IMG/VR virus record: IMGVR_UViG_3300032782_000001
Coordinates: 62,001 to 126,000 of that record
DNA length: 64,000 nt
Reading direction: 5' to 3' (one strand)
Shown here: positions 49,209 to 58,286 of the stretch, piece after piece
Numbering within the stretch: position 1 is the first letter of the stretch
Layout: every line of letters begins with the position of its first letter
The notes under the pieces: generated by a model
Told to the model about the DNA's origin: nothing
The model's input: only the letters and a program-made list of their open reading frames with translations
Database searches by the model: none
Translations under genes and position numbers: made by a program

Positions 49209-49209
49209 C

Positions 49210-49290
49210 GCCCGGGTGAGCTAACGGTGAATGGCACAGCCACTAGATTTAGGGTCTAGGCTTTTGCGGGTTCGAGTCCCGCCCCGGGTA
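49210..49290 (+). tRNA. tRNA-Leu(TAG), enlarged D region, short variable loop
   Basis: CTAGA-TTTAGGG-TCTAG. Confidence 0.7.
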
Positions 49291-49498
49291 CTAAGATGAA
49301 CCATGAAGACGAACATGAGTACGACGATGAGAGTGATGAGATTCACTCATACGATCAAAACTCATCCAATGTTTTCGTGAGGGCCGGTTATATTCGAGCC
49401 ATGGCTCACAAGCTTCCACATGGTGAAGATTGGAAATTTCTGAGGCGGGCTTCCAAGTCTCTCCTGGCGTACGGGAAGAAGCTTCAGGAAGAAGGCAA

Positions 49499-49672
49499 AT
49501 GAAGCCAGAAGACATCAAGAAAGTACATGAACTTACGGGGCTCAGTCTATCGGCTTGCAAACGTGCGCTTATCGTCTCCAAAGATGTGGAACATGCCGTA
49601 GCACTTCTTAAGAAAGAGTTTTTGACTTCTCCCGAAGAAGTCAAAGAAGAAGACCGTAAGCCGGTCTGTTAA
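49499..49672 (+). CDS. EF-Ts N-terminal (UBA-like) domain mini-protein
   Basis: IKKVHELTGLSLSACKRAL..DVEHAVALLK parallels the EF-Ts VKELR..TG..MMDCKKAL..GD.E.A pattern. Confidence 0.65.
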   Translation: MKPEDIKKVHELTGLSLSACKRALIVSKDVEHAVALLKKEFLTSPEEVKEEDRKPVC

Positions 49673-49674
49673 AC

Positions 49675-49747
49675 GCTCTCGTATCCTAATTGGCAACGGA
49701 ACACCCCTCAGAAGGGTGGAATGTGAGTTCGAGTCTCACCGAGAGCA
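49675..49747 (+). tRNA. tRNA-Leu(CAG), short variable loop
   Basis: CACCC-CTCAGAA-GGGTG. Confidence 0.75.
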
Positions 49748-49755
49748 CTGTTTGC

Positions 49756-49829
49756 GCGATGGTGGCCCAACTGGCAGAGGCGCTACCTTGAGGTGGTAGA
49801 GGTTGAGGGTTCGAATCCCTCCCGTCGCA
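49756..49829 (+). tRNA. tRNA-Leu(GAG), short variable loop
   Basis: CTACC-TTGAGGT-GGTAG. Confidence 0.8.
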
Positions 49830-49834
49830 CTAAT

Positions 49835-49919
49835 GTCCTCGTGGTGGAAAGGCATACACACCAGGCTGAGAACCTGGGCTCTTAAATGGGCATTGGGAGT
49901 TCGAGTCTCCCCGAGGACA
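49835..49919 (+). tRNA. tRNA-Leu(GAG), long variable arm
   Basis: CCAGG-CTGAGAA-CCTGG. Confidence 0.85.
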
Positions 49920-49962
49920 CAAATCAATAAGCTGTCGTTGTAGACCTCTCTAGGAGGTCCGC

Positions 49963-50364
49963 ATGGGAATCATCGGAGAATTCCTCAAGAGGCGTCGCAG
50001 GGATGGCGCAAAAGCTGACTCCGAACGTGGGCTCACCAACGAATGGAGAGTCTGGAAAGTTCTCCAACGTCCTAGTCGACCGTGGTGGATCACGAATGTT
50101 CGCATGTCGACCGTCGCTGAAGATCATCATGGTATCGATGTTGTCGTTGAGACATCGGATTACGGGGATCTCTACCTCCAAGTCAAGAGCTCGCTTAGGG
50201 GAGCAAAGGAATTTCGCAGCAAAAGTCGTAGTGTTCGTGTGGACATCGAAGTCGTGGTGGTTGCACGAACGGATGATGCTAACACGTTGTATGGAAAGAC
50301 TCTTGGCGCTCTGATTCTCCTTAGAGAGAGGTTGGATGCAATGAGTTCTGGACTCGTGGGATAA
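49963..50364 (+). CDS. PD-(D/E)xK-like nuclease
   Basis: GGAGG SD; E...ED..GIDVVV...LQVKSS. Confidence 0.65.
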   Translation: MGIIGEFLKRRRRDGAKADSERGLTNEWRVWKVLQRPSRPWWITNVRMSTVAEDHHGIDVVVETSDYGDLYLQVKSSLRGAKEFRSKSRSVRVDIEVVVVARTDDANTLYGKTLGALILLRERLDAMSSGLVG

Positions 50365-50430
50365 AGGCGAATGGCACAGCCTGCCGGTTTAAGCCCGGTT
50401 CCTTTGCGGGTTCGAGTCCCGCCGGGTCTA
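50350..50430 (+). tRNA. tRNA-Leu(TAA), enlarged D region
   Basis: GCCGG-TTTAAGC-CCGGT. Confidence 0.7.
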
Positions 50431-50435
50431 CTAAT

Positions 50436-50516
50436 GCGCGAGTGGGGTAGTAGCGAATGGCACAGCTTGCCGCCTCAAGAGCGGTCCCTTTGAGGGTTCG
50501 AGTCCCTCCTTGCGCA
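50436..50516 (+). tRNA. tRNA-Leu(CAA), enlarged D region
   Basis: GCCGC-CTCAAGA-GCGGT. Confidence 0.7.
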
Positions 50517-50594
50517 CAAATCAGCCATATATGGCTGTAATCTATAGATCGGAGAAATGAAATGAACTGGCACAGTAGAAGGCGAAGGTGAATC

Positions 50595-51107
50595 ATGAAC
50601 GCGCAGACGCTCCTCCTAACCCCCTGGTGCAGTCCGCACAAGGTCGTCCCCTGGCAGAAAGCTGTCACGATGCTCTATACGGGCGACGTGGAGGTACTCC
50701 AGGAGTACGACGAGACCATTCGATCGCCTTCGATCAGCATGAAAATGCCGGCCGTCGTGCGACTCAAGAAGTCCGTAGGAAGCGTCAAGCGCGGCGTGAA
50801 GTTCTCACGTCTCAATGTTCTCATCCGTGATGGGTATCGCTGCCAGTATTGCGGTGCTCGCAAGGAAGCTCACGAACTCAACTACGATCACGTCATCCCG
50901 CGTAAGCAGGGTGGTAAGACCGTCTGGGAGAACATCGTGGCTGCCTGCTACCCCTGCAACTCTCGGAAGAGTGATAGGACCCCGGAGCAAGCAGGCATGA
51001 CGCTTCTCTCGAAGCCGCACAAGCCGAAGACCCTCCCGCTCGTAGGAGCAAGGATCGACTCTCGTACGGCGCATCCAGTCTGGGCTTCCTGGCTCGGCGC
51101 AGCGTGA
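50595..51107 (+). CDS. HNH endonuclease (McrA-like)
   Basis: SRLNVLIRDGYRCQYCG, DHVIPR..GG..WENIV.AC..CN.RK. Confidence 0.92.
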   Translation: MNAQTLLLTPWCSPHKVVPWQKAVTMLYTGDVEVLQEYDETIRSPSISMKMPAVVRLKKSVGSVKRGVKFSRLNVLIRDGYRCQYCGARKEAHELNYDHVIPRKQGGKTVWENIVAACYPCNSRKSDRTPEQAGMTLLSKPHKPKTLPLVGARIDSRTAHPVWASWLGAA

Positions 51108-51146
51108 GCTCAAGTCGTGGCCCCCGGACTCATACGGGGGCGTCAT

Positions 51147-51220
51147 CAGGGTGTCGCCTAACGGTAGGGCGCTTGTCTGGGGGACAAGAGATAAAGGTGG
51201 TTCAACTCCACTCACCCTGA
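51147..51220 (+). tRNA. tRNA-Pro(GGG)
   Basis: cloverleaf. Confidence 0.85.
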
Positions 51221-51230
51221 CTAGTTGAAT

Positions 51231-51316
51231 GGAGAGGCTAGCCGATTGGTGACGGCACCCCGTTGGAAGCGGGACGAGCGATAAGCCTTGCGGGTTCGAC
51301 CCCCGCCCTCTCCGCC
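51231..51316 (+). tRNA. tRNA-Ser(GGA)
   Basis: cloverleaf with variable arm. Confidence 0.85.
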
Positions 51317-51334
51317 GCAGAAAAGGAGATAGTC

Positions 51335-51962
51335 ATGAAGGTCCGTGGAACTCAATATGTCTTCGGTTCAGCTGCCGATCGCCGGTGGCAGGTCGTTTCC
51401 GAGCTTCGTTCCTGCCTTCATTGAAGCTGGATTCCAGGAACTCATCGTTCCTGCGCTCGCTTCTCAAGACGTCTTCGTAAAGAAAGCCGGTCCTGAAGTC
51501 CTCGGACAGATGTACACGTTCCCCGACAAAGGCGGGCGTCCGCTCTGTCTTGTACCGGAAATTACCGGTGTAGTCCAGGACCTTTGGAATGAAGGCTTCT
51601 TCAGCCAGCTTCCGAAGCCGATTCGTCTCTTCTACGTCAGCCGATGTTGGCGCTACGAACGTCCACAAGCCGGAAGGTATCGAGAATTCACCCAAGTAGG
51701 TGTGGAGATTCTCGGCGCACGGGACGACCAACGAACAGGATGCATCGACCTTCTCCGTAAATGCTTGGATGCCGTAGGGCTTCAAGGCTACGTCATCAAC
51801 GACGCAGTGAAACGTGGACTCGCTTACTACTTGGAAGACGGGTTTGAAGTGGAATTCGCGGCACTCGGAGCGCAGAAACAAATTGCGGGTGGTGGGAAGT
51901 ACGCTGAAGGGATCGGATGGGCCATCGGTCTGGAAAGGCTTTTGTTGGCCTTGAGCACATGA
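51335..51962 (+). CDS. histidyl-tRNA synthetase-like, catalytic domain only; apparent +1 indel near 51410
   Basis: AAGGAG SD + MKVRGT in one frame; QMYTFPDKGGR, PEIT, WRYERPQAGRYREFTQ, RGLAYY, AGGGKY, GWAIGLERL in the next frame; no anticodon-binding domain. Confidence 0.85.
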
Positions 51963-51989
51963 CAGAAAACGAGCGGAAACGCTCGTTTT

Positions 51990-52071
51990 GGAGATCTCCA
52001 GCCGAGGTGGCGAGCCAGCCTTGAAAACTGGTGGGGCGTGAAAGCGCAGGGTTCGATTCCCAAGGTCTCCG
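51990..52071 (+). tRNA. tRNA-Ser(TGA)
   Basis: CTTGAAA loop, variable arm. Confidence 0.75.
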
Positions 52072-52098
52072 CTAATTTTCCATACTGTATTCTGGGGA

Positions 52099-52665
52099 AT
52101 GTCAAAGAATGAAATCTATATCTCTACCGATGTAGAGACCGACGGGCCCATCCCGGGCCCGAATTCCATGCTCTCTTTGGGAGCTGCTGCGTTCACGGAA
52201 GATGGGACCATGGCTTCCACTTTCTCTGTGAATTTCGAAACCCTTCCGGAGGCCTCCGGAGACCCTGACACCATGAATTGGTGGGCGGGGCGGCCCGAGG
52301 CTTGGAAGGCCTGTCGTGAGGCGACGAGACCGCCGGAGAATGCCATCCGGTCCTTCAAGAACTGGGTCGAATCCCTAAATGGGACCCCGGTATTCGTCGG
52401 ATACCCCGCAGGATTCGATTTTCTCTTCGTTTATTGGTATCTCATCCGGTTCACCGGAAAGAGTCCTTTCTCGTTCTCCGCTCTCGACATCAAGTCGTTC
52501 GCGAGCGGACTTCTGGGGACTCAATATCGCGAAACTACCAAACGGAACATGCCGAAAAGGTGGACGGAAAAGCTTCCGTCTCACACTCATGTTGCCGTGG
52601 ACGATGCTATTGAGCAGGGAGTGATGTTTTGTCGAATGCTCAAAGAAAGTCGTAGAAAGAAGTAA
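52099..52665 (+). CDS. DEDDh 3'-5' exonuclease
   Basis: [26 protein letters not shown]. Confidence 0.88.
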   Translation: MSKNEIYISTDVETDGPIPGPNSMLSLGAAAFTEDGTMASTFSVNFETLPEASGDPDTMNWWAGRPEAWKACREATRPPENAIRSFKNWVESLNGTPVFVGYPAGFDFLFVYWYLIRFTGKSPFSFSALDIKSFASGLLGTQYRETTKRNMPKRWTEKLPSHTHVAVDDAIEQGVMFCRMLKESRRKK

Positions 52666-52666
52666 T

Positions 52667-52750
52667 GGAAGGTGACGTCCCGGTGGCGGGACACCGGCCT
52701 CGAAAACCGGGGGCGCTAACCACGCAGAGGTTCGACTCCTCCACCTTCCG
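52667..52750 (+). tRNA. tRNA-Ser(CGA)
   Basis: CTCGAAA loop. Confidence 0.8.
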
Positions 52751-52828
52751 CGAGACAGGTACGTCAAGGGCGGGCCTCCATGAGGTTCCGCGGGCTTCGG
52801 CTGCAAATGACCTTGACGTACCGAATTT

Positions 52829-52915
52829 GGAGGATGAACTGGACGGGGTCCAGACCGGTTTGCTAAACCGAGTGGCGCTGAAAGGCGTTTGGGTTCGAGA
52901 CCTACTTCCTCCGCC
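52829..52915 (+). tRNA. tRNA-Ser(GCT)
   Basis: TTGCTAA loop, variable arm. Confidence 0.8.
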
Positions 52916-53002
52916 GAGTTACGCTCGTAGGGTGTTGCTGACCGGAAGGCAGCAACCGGGAGGCCTTCGGGCCAACCGACTTAGCAGCCCCCACGAGCAC
53001 TT

Positions 53003-53075
53003 GCCGCTGTCGTTCAGTCTGGTAGGACGTCTCCCTTGTAAGGAGAATACGCGGGTTCAAATCCTGTCGGCGGCT
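53003..53075 (+). tRNA. tRNA-Thr(TGT)
   Basis: cloverleaf. Confidence 0.85.
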
Positions 53076-53089
53076 CAAATTAAGTATAT

Positions 53090-53165
53090 TCGGGGATAGG
53101 ACAGTGGCCTAGTCCGCCCGGCTTTGACCCGGGACACGAGGGTTCGAATCCCTCTCCCCGGACCA
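53090..53165 (+). tRNA. tRNA-Gln(TTG)
   Basis: cloverleaf, CCA. Confidence 0.9.
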
Positions 53166-53208
53166 TTAATTCCTCTAATCAGTCTTCTCTCGCTCTGTAA
53201 TGTTGTGA

Positions 53209-53514
53209 ATGGGCCTAGGTCCGTTCAATATCCACCAAGTGCCCGGTATCTACGGGCATACGGACCCGGAAGCCACCATTCTCTGGGAAGAAGAGTCTGA
53301 TTCGGATTTCCAGTTCCGATGTGTGTGGCAGCCGCATTATTATTCATCAACGCCGCATATAGAGCTCCATAAAGTTCAAAATCGTACTTTTTGGCGCCTG
53401 GCGCAGTATGATGGCGAAACGATGACCAGAGAATGGGAAAACATTCTTGTTCCCGAACGGATGATTGAATCTTTGAAAGATTGGTACACTATCGCTTCGG
53501 TGATGGTACCGTAG
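53209..53514 (+). CDS. hypothetical protein with VMVP tail
   Basis: ends DWYTIASVMVP*. Confidence 0.65.
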   Translation: MGLGPFNIHQVPGIYGHTDPEATILWEEESDSDFQFRCVWQPHYYSSTPHIELHKVQNRTFWRLAQYDGETMTREWENILVPERMIESLKDWYTIASVMVP

Positions 53515-53552
53515 CTCTTCTCTCGCTCTGTCGTCCTTGGCGTTATCCAGAC

Positions 53553-53858
53553 GTGGATCTATATCAAATTCGACTCTTGAATTACAAGCCTCCCGACGTA
53601 CACGAGCCGGGATTTCCCATGAAGGAACATGTCCACTTGTGGGAAGTCAGCGACGATTCCGGCTTCTTCGTGTGTATGTGGCAAACCGATGAAGTGCGTC
53701 TATACTATGAACGGAGGCAGGGAGGATTGACCCATACGCAATCTTTACTTTGTACGTTCAACGGTGACGAATTCGCAGGGGAGTGGAATTTACTCCCTTT
53801 GTCCATCACTAACCGCATGAAAGATTCCTTTCTAATTGCTTCCGTGATGGAGTCATGA
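53553..53858 (+). CDS. paralog of the 53209 gene, with VMES tail
   Basis: LWE..D...C.WQ...F.G....EW shared; ends IASVMES*; start uncertain. Confidence 0.6.
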   Translation: MDLYQIRLLNYKPPDVHEPGFPMKEHVHLWEVSDDSGFFVCMWQTDEVRLYYERRQGGLTHTQSLLCTFNGDEFAGEWNLLPLSITNRMKDSFLIASVMES

Positions 53859-53912
53859 AAATGGAACAACGCTGTAGAGGTCCGCCGGTTCCTTCAGTTC
53901 AAAGGAGCCGCT

Positions 53913-54365
53913 ATGGGATCTTCACTTCCGATTGAGGACTGGTTCATATTTCGCCAGGATGCCGCATTGGCTTATCTGGCCAAAGTGCTTCGGGAAATTC
54001 ATTGGAAAGCTTCTAGGGATCCATTCCTAGATCGTCTCGGATTATCTACTAAAGGGAATCTTGTTCGGGTTTTGGAAGAACCCGATCCTAAGCATATTTG
54101 TGATTGTGGATGTCGTAATTTCTTCCCTCATTGCAAATATCGTGGGAAGTCCCCCGTTCGATGTGCCTTCCGGTTCGAATTAGATAGAGGCAGAGCTGGA
54201 ATGGGTCATGAATACGTCATGGAAATTCTTTCTAGTAAGACCCTTTTCTGGCGCATGGACCAGTGGGAACAAAAGAAAGAACTCAAGATCCTGAACGATC
54301 TTCTTCCGGAAGACCTTTTGAAATCGATCAGGGAATCCATCATTATAGAAATTATGAATTCTTAA
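53913..54365 (+). CDS. hypothetical protein with IMNS tail
   Basis: AAGGAG SD; ends IIIEIMNS*. Confidence 0.65.
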   Translation: MGSSLPIEDWFIFRQDAALAYLAKVLREIHWKASRDPFLDRLGLSTKGNLVRVLEEPDPKHICDCGCRNFFPHCKYRGKSPVRCAFRFELDRGRAGMGHEYVMEILSSKTLFWRMDQWEQKKELKILNDLLPEDLLKSIRESIIIEIMNS

Positions 54366-54386
54366 CCTGAGATTGTAACGTTTTGT

Positions 54387-54785
54387 ATGGGCGTTATCGG
54401 TTTCAGTATGTATGAAACTGTTGCCGTTTCGGTCATAAATCCGAGTGCTGTGTCCAAAGTCCAAATCGCTAAACCACCTCCCTCCCTAATTTGGTCCTTT
54501 CCTGATCGTGACATTGAAATCCATGCCATTCAAATTGGATTTTGGTTAGATTTTGAAATCCATACAATAAGCTCAGGGGCAAATAAGTCCATGTTTTGCC
54601 GATATGGGTCTTCACACGACGAGCCGTCTAATCGACGATTCGAATCGTTTCAAGGTTCTTGGCAAAGAATCGATGACTCTCGGGCACCGGTAGCTGTTGA
54701 TCGCCTAATAGCCGATGAAGAGTGGATTCCCATTCGTGATGAAATATGTAGACTTTACGAAGTGGTCCTCGTCATGAATTCATAA
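54387..54785 (+). CDS. hypothetical protein with VMNS tail
   Basis: ends EVVLVMNS*. Confidence 0.65.
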   Translation: MGVIGFSMYETVAVSVINPSAVSKVQIAKPPPSLIWSFPDRDIEIHAIQIGFWLDFEIHTISSGANKSMFCRYGSSHDEPSNRRFESFQGSWQRIDDSRAPVAVDRLIADEEWIPIRDEICRLYEVVLVMNS

Positions 54786-54888
54786 AACTTGTGCTTGAGA
54801 CTGACTTAGTGTAGAATTTCCTCATGCTCGGCAACCGCATTCCTCACGGAAAGGAGTTCATGTCATGACCCCGTGAGGGAGGTGTCCC

Positions 54889-55302
54889 GTGCCGACGCGG
54901 AAGAAAGCACGCCTAACTAAGCGTCTTCAGTCTCAGTACAATCAGATTCTTCAAGGTAACATCCCGGGCCATTACGAATATGGTTATGGGTTCGGATGGC
55001 CGATTGGCGGTGCCGGTTCTGGTGCCATTGGATGGGTCGCGTATTTGTTCGCCAAGGAATGGTCAGGTCGTGAAGGCGTCGATCTGAAAAAGCTTCAGGG
55101 AATCGTTCTGCGTTCAGGTGACGCAGAGTGTGCCTGGCGATTTGCCAGAGACATTCCGGCGGCCAATAAGCGTCGATTACAAACTCTCGTCATGCAGACG
55201 GGAGGTGCCAATCAGATGCGAAAGTTCGCAGCTCATGTTCCCGGAGCTGATAAGCAAACTCTTGAAAATCTCGCTATCGTATCTGAGATCATGAATATGT
55301 AG
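54889..55302 (+). CDS. helical-repeat protein with IMNM tail
   Basis: GGAGG SD; repeated FA..IP.A...L; ends VSEIMNM*. Confidence 0.7.
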   Translation: MPTRKKARLTKRLQSQYNQILQGNIPGHYEYGYGFGWPIGGAGSGAIGWVAYLFAKEWSGREGVDLKKLQGIVLRSGDAECAWRFARDIPAANKRRLQTLVMQTGGANQMRKFAAHVPGADKQTLENLAIVSEIMNM

Positions 55303-55316
55303 GCGTATTTTCAGAA

Positions 55317-55703
55317 GTGTATGTCCTCGGCTGCGGGAGTCGTGACTGGTCGGATTTCTTAATTGTCCGAGAGGCACTTTCATTTATTCCCGAAGGATCT
55401 ATTGTTGTTCACGGCAACCAGCGCGGGGCAGATACATATATTGACATTGAAGCTCGGAATCGTGGATTAAAAGTCATACCAGTTCCGGCTGCATGGGAAA
55501 CGCTGGGAGTTGCAGCAGGCCCTCTTAGGAATAACAGAATGCTTGAAATAATGAAAGAAGCTAGACGGAAAGGTCATGCCACATTAGTTATGGCTTTCCA
55601 CGATGATCTCAATCTTGGTGTAGGGACACGCGATATGGTGAAAAAAGCGTTGTCCGCAAAAATGGAAGTAATAATTTTCCTCCGCGTACCATTTTGGGAG
55701 TAA
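55317..55703 (+). CDS. SLOG/DUF2493-like protein
   Basis: LGCGSRDW, VHGNQRGAD, AAGPLRNNRM, GTRDM. Confidence 0.85.
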   Translation: MYVLGCGSRDWSDFLIVREALSFIPEGSIVVHGNQRGADTYIDIEARNRGLKVIPVPAAWETLGVAAGPLRNNRMLEIMKEARRKGHATLVMAFHDDLNLGVGTRDMVKKALSAKMEVIIFLRVPFWE

Positions 55704-56082
55704 CGTCGTCTGTGGACTTATATGGACCTACTGTTCCAACCGGATGGGGGTCTTCCCTGATTCAAATTCACATTACTGTTACATCCAGTAATATATCCAA
55801 CCCTTTCGTCATAATTTCCAGTACGTCACCTAGTTCTTCCACATATAACGGCCCACAGAGAACATCTGACGGAATCAGAACCAGGAGGCTCATAGACAGA
55901 TTTAAAAAGTCTGCTCTTAAAAATGCAGTATTCCATGAATCCAGAATGCTAGGATTGGACAACCGTCCTAGTGTGGAACCTAAGCCGAAATCTCTGGCTC
56001 TCTCCACCAGTTTAGACAGGAACTGGATAGTCCATCGCCAACGGAATTTCTCTCGGAGATCGCCTGGCCGGAAAAGGATCGG

Positions 56083-56373
56083 GTGATGGGAATCCCTCAG
56101 TTCCACATCCAAAATAATGTTTTTCTCACCCCCGCTCAGTTGGATTTTTCCAGATTGGAAACCTATGTCGGGCCAGTTCGTATCGTAAAGATTCATAACG
56201 AAATCTTCCGTTTTCTTTTTTCAGCGGAAGAAATGGCTGCGGCAGTAGAAGAAATCAGCGATCTTACAGAAATCCGCATAGGGGTGTGCATTTTCTGCGG
56301 GGGGTTGGCGGCATATGAACCAGATGGAATACCGAGGTGTCGCAACCCGATCCGATGTGTCATGAATTTTTAG
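56083..56373 (+). CDS. CxxC protein with VMNF tail
   Basis: CIFCGG; ends IRCVMNF*. Confidence 0.5.
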   Translation: MMGIPQFHIQNNVFLTPAQLDFSRLETYVGPVRIVKIHNEIFRFLFSAEEMAAAVEEISDLTEIRIGVCIFCGGLAAYEPDGIPRCRNPIRCVMNF

Positions 56374-56771
56374 GACATCATCACATCCAACACAATTGCG
56401 TTGCGGATTATTGTGTCGCTAATATTACGAGCTTCCTCAATTAAGTCTTGAGGACGCCATGGGAGGACCATTCTGCCAATTCTCAATCCTAGTTCTCGGA
56501 TGGACGATCGATACTGACGTAGTTTCGGAGACTCTCGGGAATCTTGAACTCGGATTCTCCTAGCGGGCCAGTCATTCCATTCAACATATGTTTTCCCACG
56601 ATTTGTTGTTTGGAACACTCCGATATTCCAGGAATTACGTCTGTCTTCGACAAGAAAATCAGTCCCGACAACTTGGGATTCAACATATACCCAATATTCA
56701 GAAGTGCTTCTCTGTTCCAGTCTAACATTCAGTTTAAGCTGACCTATCGATTTGAAAGGTTCCAGCGGCAT
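56370..56771 (-). CDS. hypothetical protein with VMMS tail
   Basis: AAGGAG SD; ends AIVLDVMMS*. Confidence 0.65.
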   Translation of the reverse strand: MPLEPFKSIGQLKLNVRLEQRSTSEYWVYVESQVVGTDFLVEDRRNSWNIGVFQTTNRGKTYVEWNDWPARRIRVQDSRESPKLRQYRSSIRELGLRIGRMVLPWRPQDLIEEARNISDTIIRNAIVLDVMMS

Positions 56772-56814
56772 GTTGACTCCTTCATCCTACCGCTAAGTTG
56801 TAGGGTCCAATCCC

Positions 56815-57117
56815 ATGTCTAAGAAAACTCTTGAAGAAGCATTAGAACAAGAACTGCTACGGAAGCATCTTGTTTCCAGTCGCGATGCCATCAATAAGAT
56901 GCTGGACGTGAGTGTCCCTGTCATAATTCAAGCACAGCGGATTCACGCCATATGGGCTGAACATGCCGCAAGAGCGGGATGGGAATACGGGTTGTTCAAA
57001 GATCCTGATAATCGCCGGGATCCAAGATTGTTACCCTTCAATCAGTTATCTGAAGAGTTCAAAACTGAATTCTACGACATAGCATCTGGGACTCGAGATA
57101 CTGACTCCATGAATTAG
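56815..57117 (+). CDS. RyR-domain-like small protein
   Basis: IHAIW....GWEYG..KD...R.DP.LLPF.QLSEE. Confidence 0.6.
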   Translation: MSKKTLEEALEQELLRKHLVSSRDAINKMLDVSVPVIIQAQRIHAIWAEHAARAGWEYGLFKDPDNRRDPRLLPFNQLSEEFKTEFYDIASGTRDTDSMN

Positions 57118-57351
57118 TTATTTCCGGTCCATGATCGTTCGGAAGAGAGTAAATAACTCGTCAGTAGCTTTCTTCTTTTCTTCAACAGAAGTATCTGGAG
57201 TCCAGCTTCTCGCCGTTTCCCTCACGGCAATAGCTCGTTTCCGTAAATCCTCAGCTTCGTCAGTGGATTCATCACCAAGCTTCAAAAGCATGGCTTCCAC
57301 GCCTTTTTCAAAATAAGACATGGTGCCGGATTCTTTTGTCTTGCCGGCCAT
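57118..57351 (-). CDS. hypothetical protein
   Basis: 77 aa helical ORF. Confidence 0.55.
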   Translation of the reverse strand: MAGKTKESGTMSYFEKGVEAMLLKLGDESTDEAEDLRKRAIAVRETARSWTPDTSVEEKKKATDELFTLFRTIMDRK

Positions 57352-57384
57352 AATATGACCCCGTAATGGAAGTTGAGCGTTGTG

Positions 57385-57582
57385 TTAGCTCAACATCACG
57401 ACTTTTACGATGTGATACTCGCAATTCTCGATTGATACCGATCCGTCAGGGTCTTCTCCTGGGGATCTCGCAGTAACCTGTCCACAACGTCTACATTGGT
57501 ACACATTCATCTCTTTACCGCAAGCTTTGTCCATTATTTTGTTTATTTCAGGATGTTGTAATACCTCCCAAACATGAGCCAC
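57385..57582 (-). CDS. HxW-CxxCG protein with VMLS tail
   Basis: HVW...CRRCG...NC; ends VKVVMLS*. Confidence 0.65.
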   Translation of the reverse strand: MAHVWEVLQHPEINKIMDKACGKEMNVYQCRRCGQVTARSPGEDPDGSVSIENCEYHIVKVVMLS

Positions 57583-57605
57583 CTTTAACAGTACGTCGAA
57601 TGTAA

Positions 57606-58265
57606 ATGCATGTCATGGATCCATATGGTATTGAACCTAAAAAGAGGAACCAGGTTCGTCACACTCCGCCATCTCGATCGAATTTTTTGAATCGATTCCG
57701 AGATAGGATCGTAAAGTGTGATGATGATTGGATTATCGTAAGGAATTGGGCCTCTGAGCTCAGCATGCCAATACTGATAGTAGCATCGTTGTTCAATTCG
57801 CTTGTAGCTGAAGGGATTTTGGAAGGACCTCTTCCCGTTCCTGTCGAAGAAGAACATCTCAAGTACGGCGGCCGAGGCATTTGTTTCTTAAATGGGAAAT
57901 GGTATTACAGAGATTTCGAATTTGAGAGATTTTACAAATGGGGATCTCGCGGTTGTCAGAAAGTCAAGAAATGTGGTAAATCCGAACTGCCAATAGGCAG
58001 GCAACCTTCTAAAAGGACTATTTCCAAAAAGGCACAGGAAAGGCCTTTGAAACTGTGTGAATGGAACGGGAAAGGATACCGTATTAATCGAGACGCACCA
58101 ACATTCAAGGAAGCCGCGAGAACACAGGTGCAGGTTACTACGGGTTCTATTTGTAATCGATGCGGCATTCAGTTGGATTTCAATGGGAAACATTCTAGAA
58201 GAAGCAGAGGACATACTCGAATTAAATGTAACAAATTTATCGTAAAAACTGTCATGGAAAGCTGA
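57606..58265 (+). CDS. hypothetical protein with C-terminal CxxC-H-C motif and VMES tail
   Basis: CNRCG..H...C; ends VKTVMES*. Confidence 0.65.
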   Translation: MHVMDPYGIEPKKRNQVRHTPPSRSNFLNRFRDRIVKCDDDWIIVRNWASELSMPILIVASLFNSLVAEGILEGPLPVPVEEEHLKYGGRGICFLNGKWYYRDFEFERFYKWGSRGCQKVKKCGKSELPIGRQPSKRTISKKAQERPLKLCEWNGKGYRINRDAPTFKEAARTQVQVTTGSICNRCGIQLDFNGKHSRRSRGHTRIKCNKFIVKTVMES

Positions 58266-58286
58266 CCTGGGATTGTATTGTCGACC

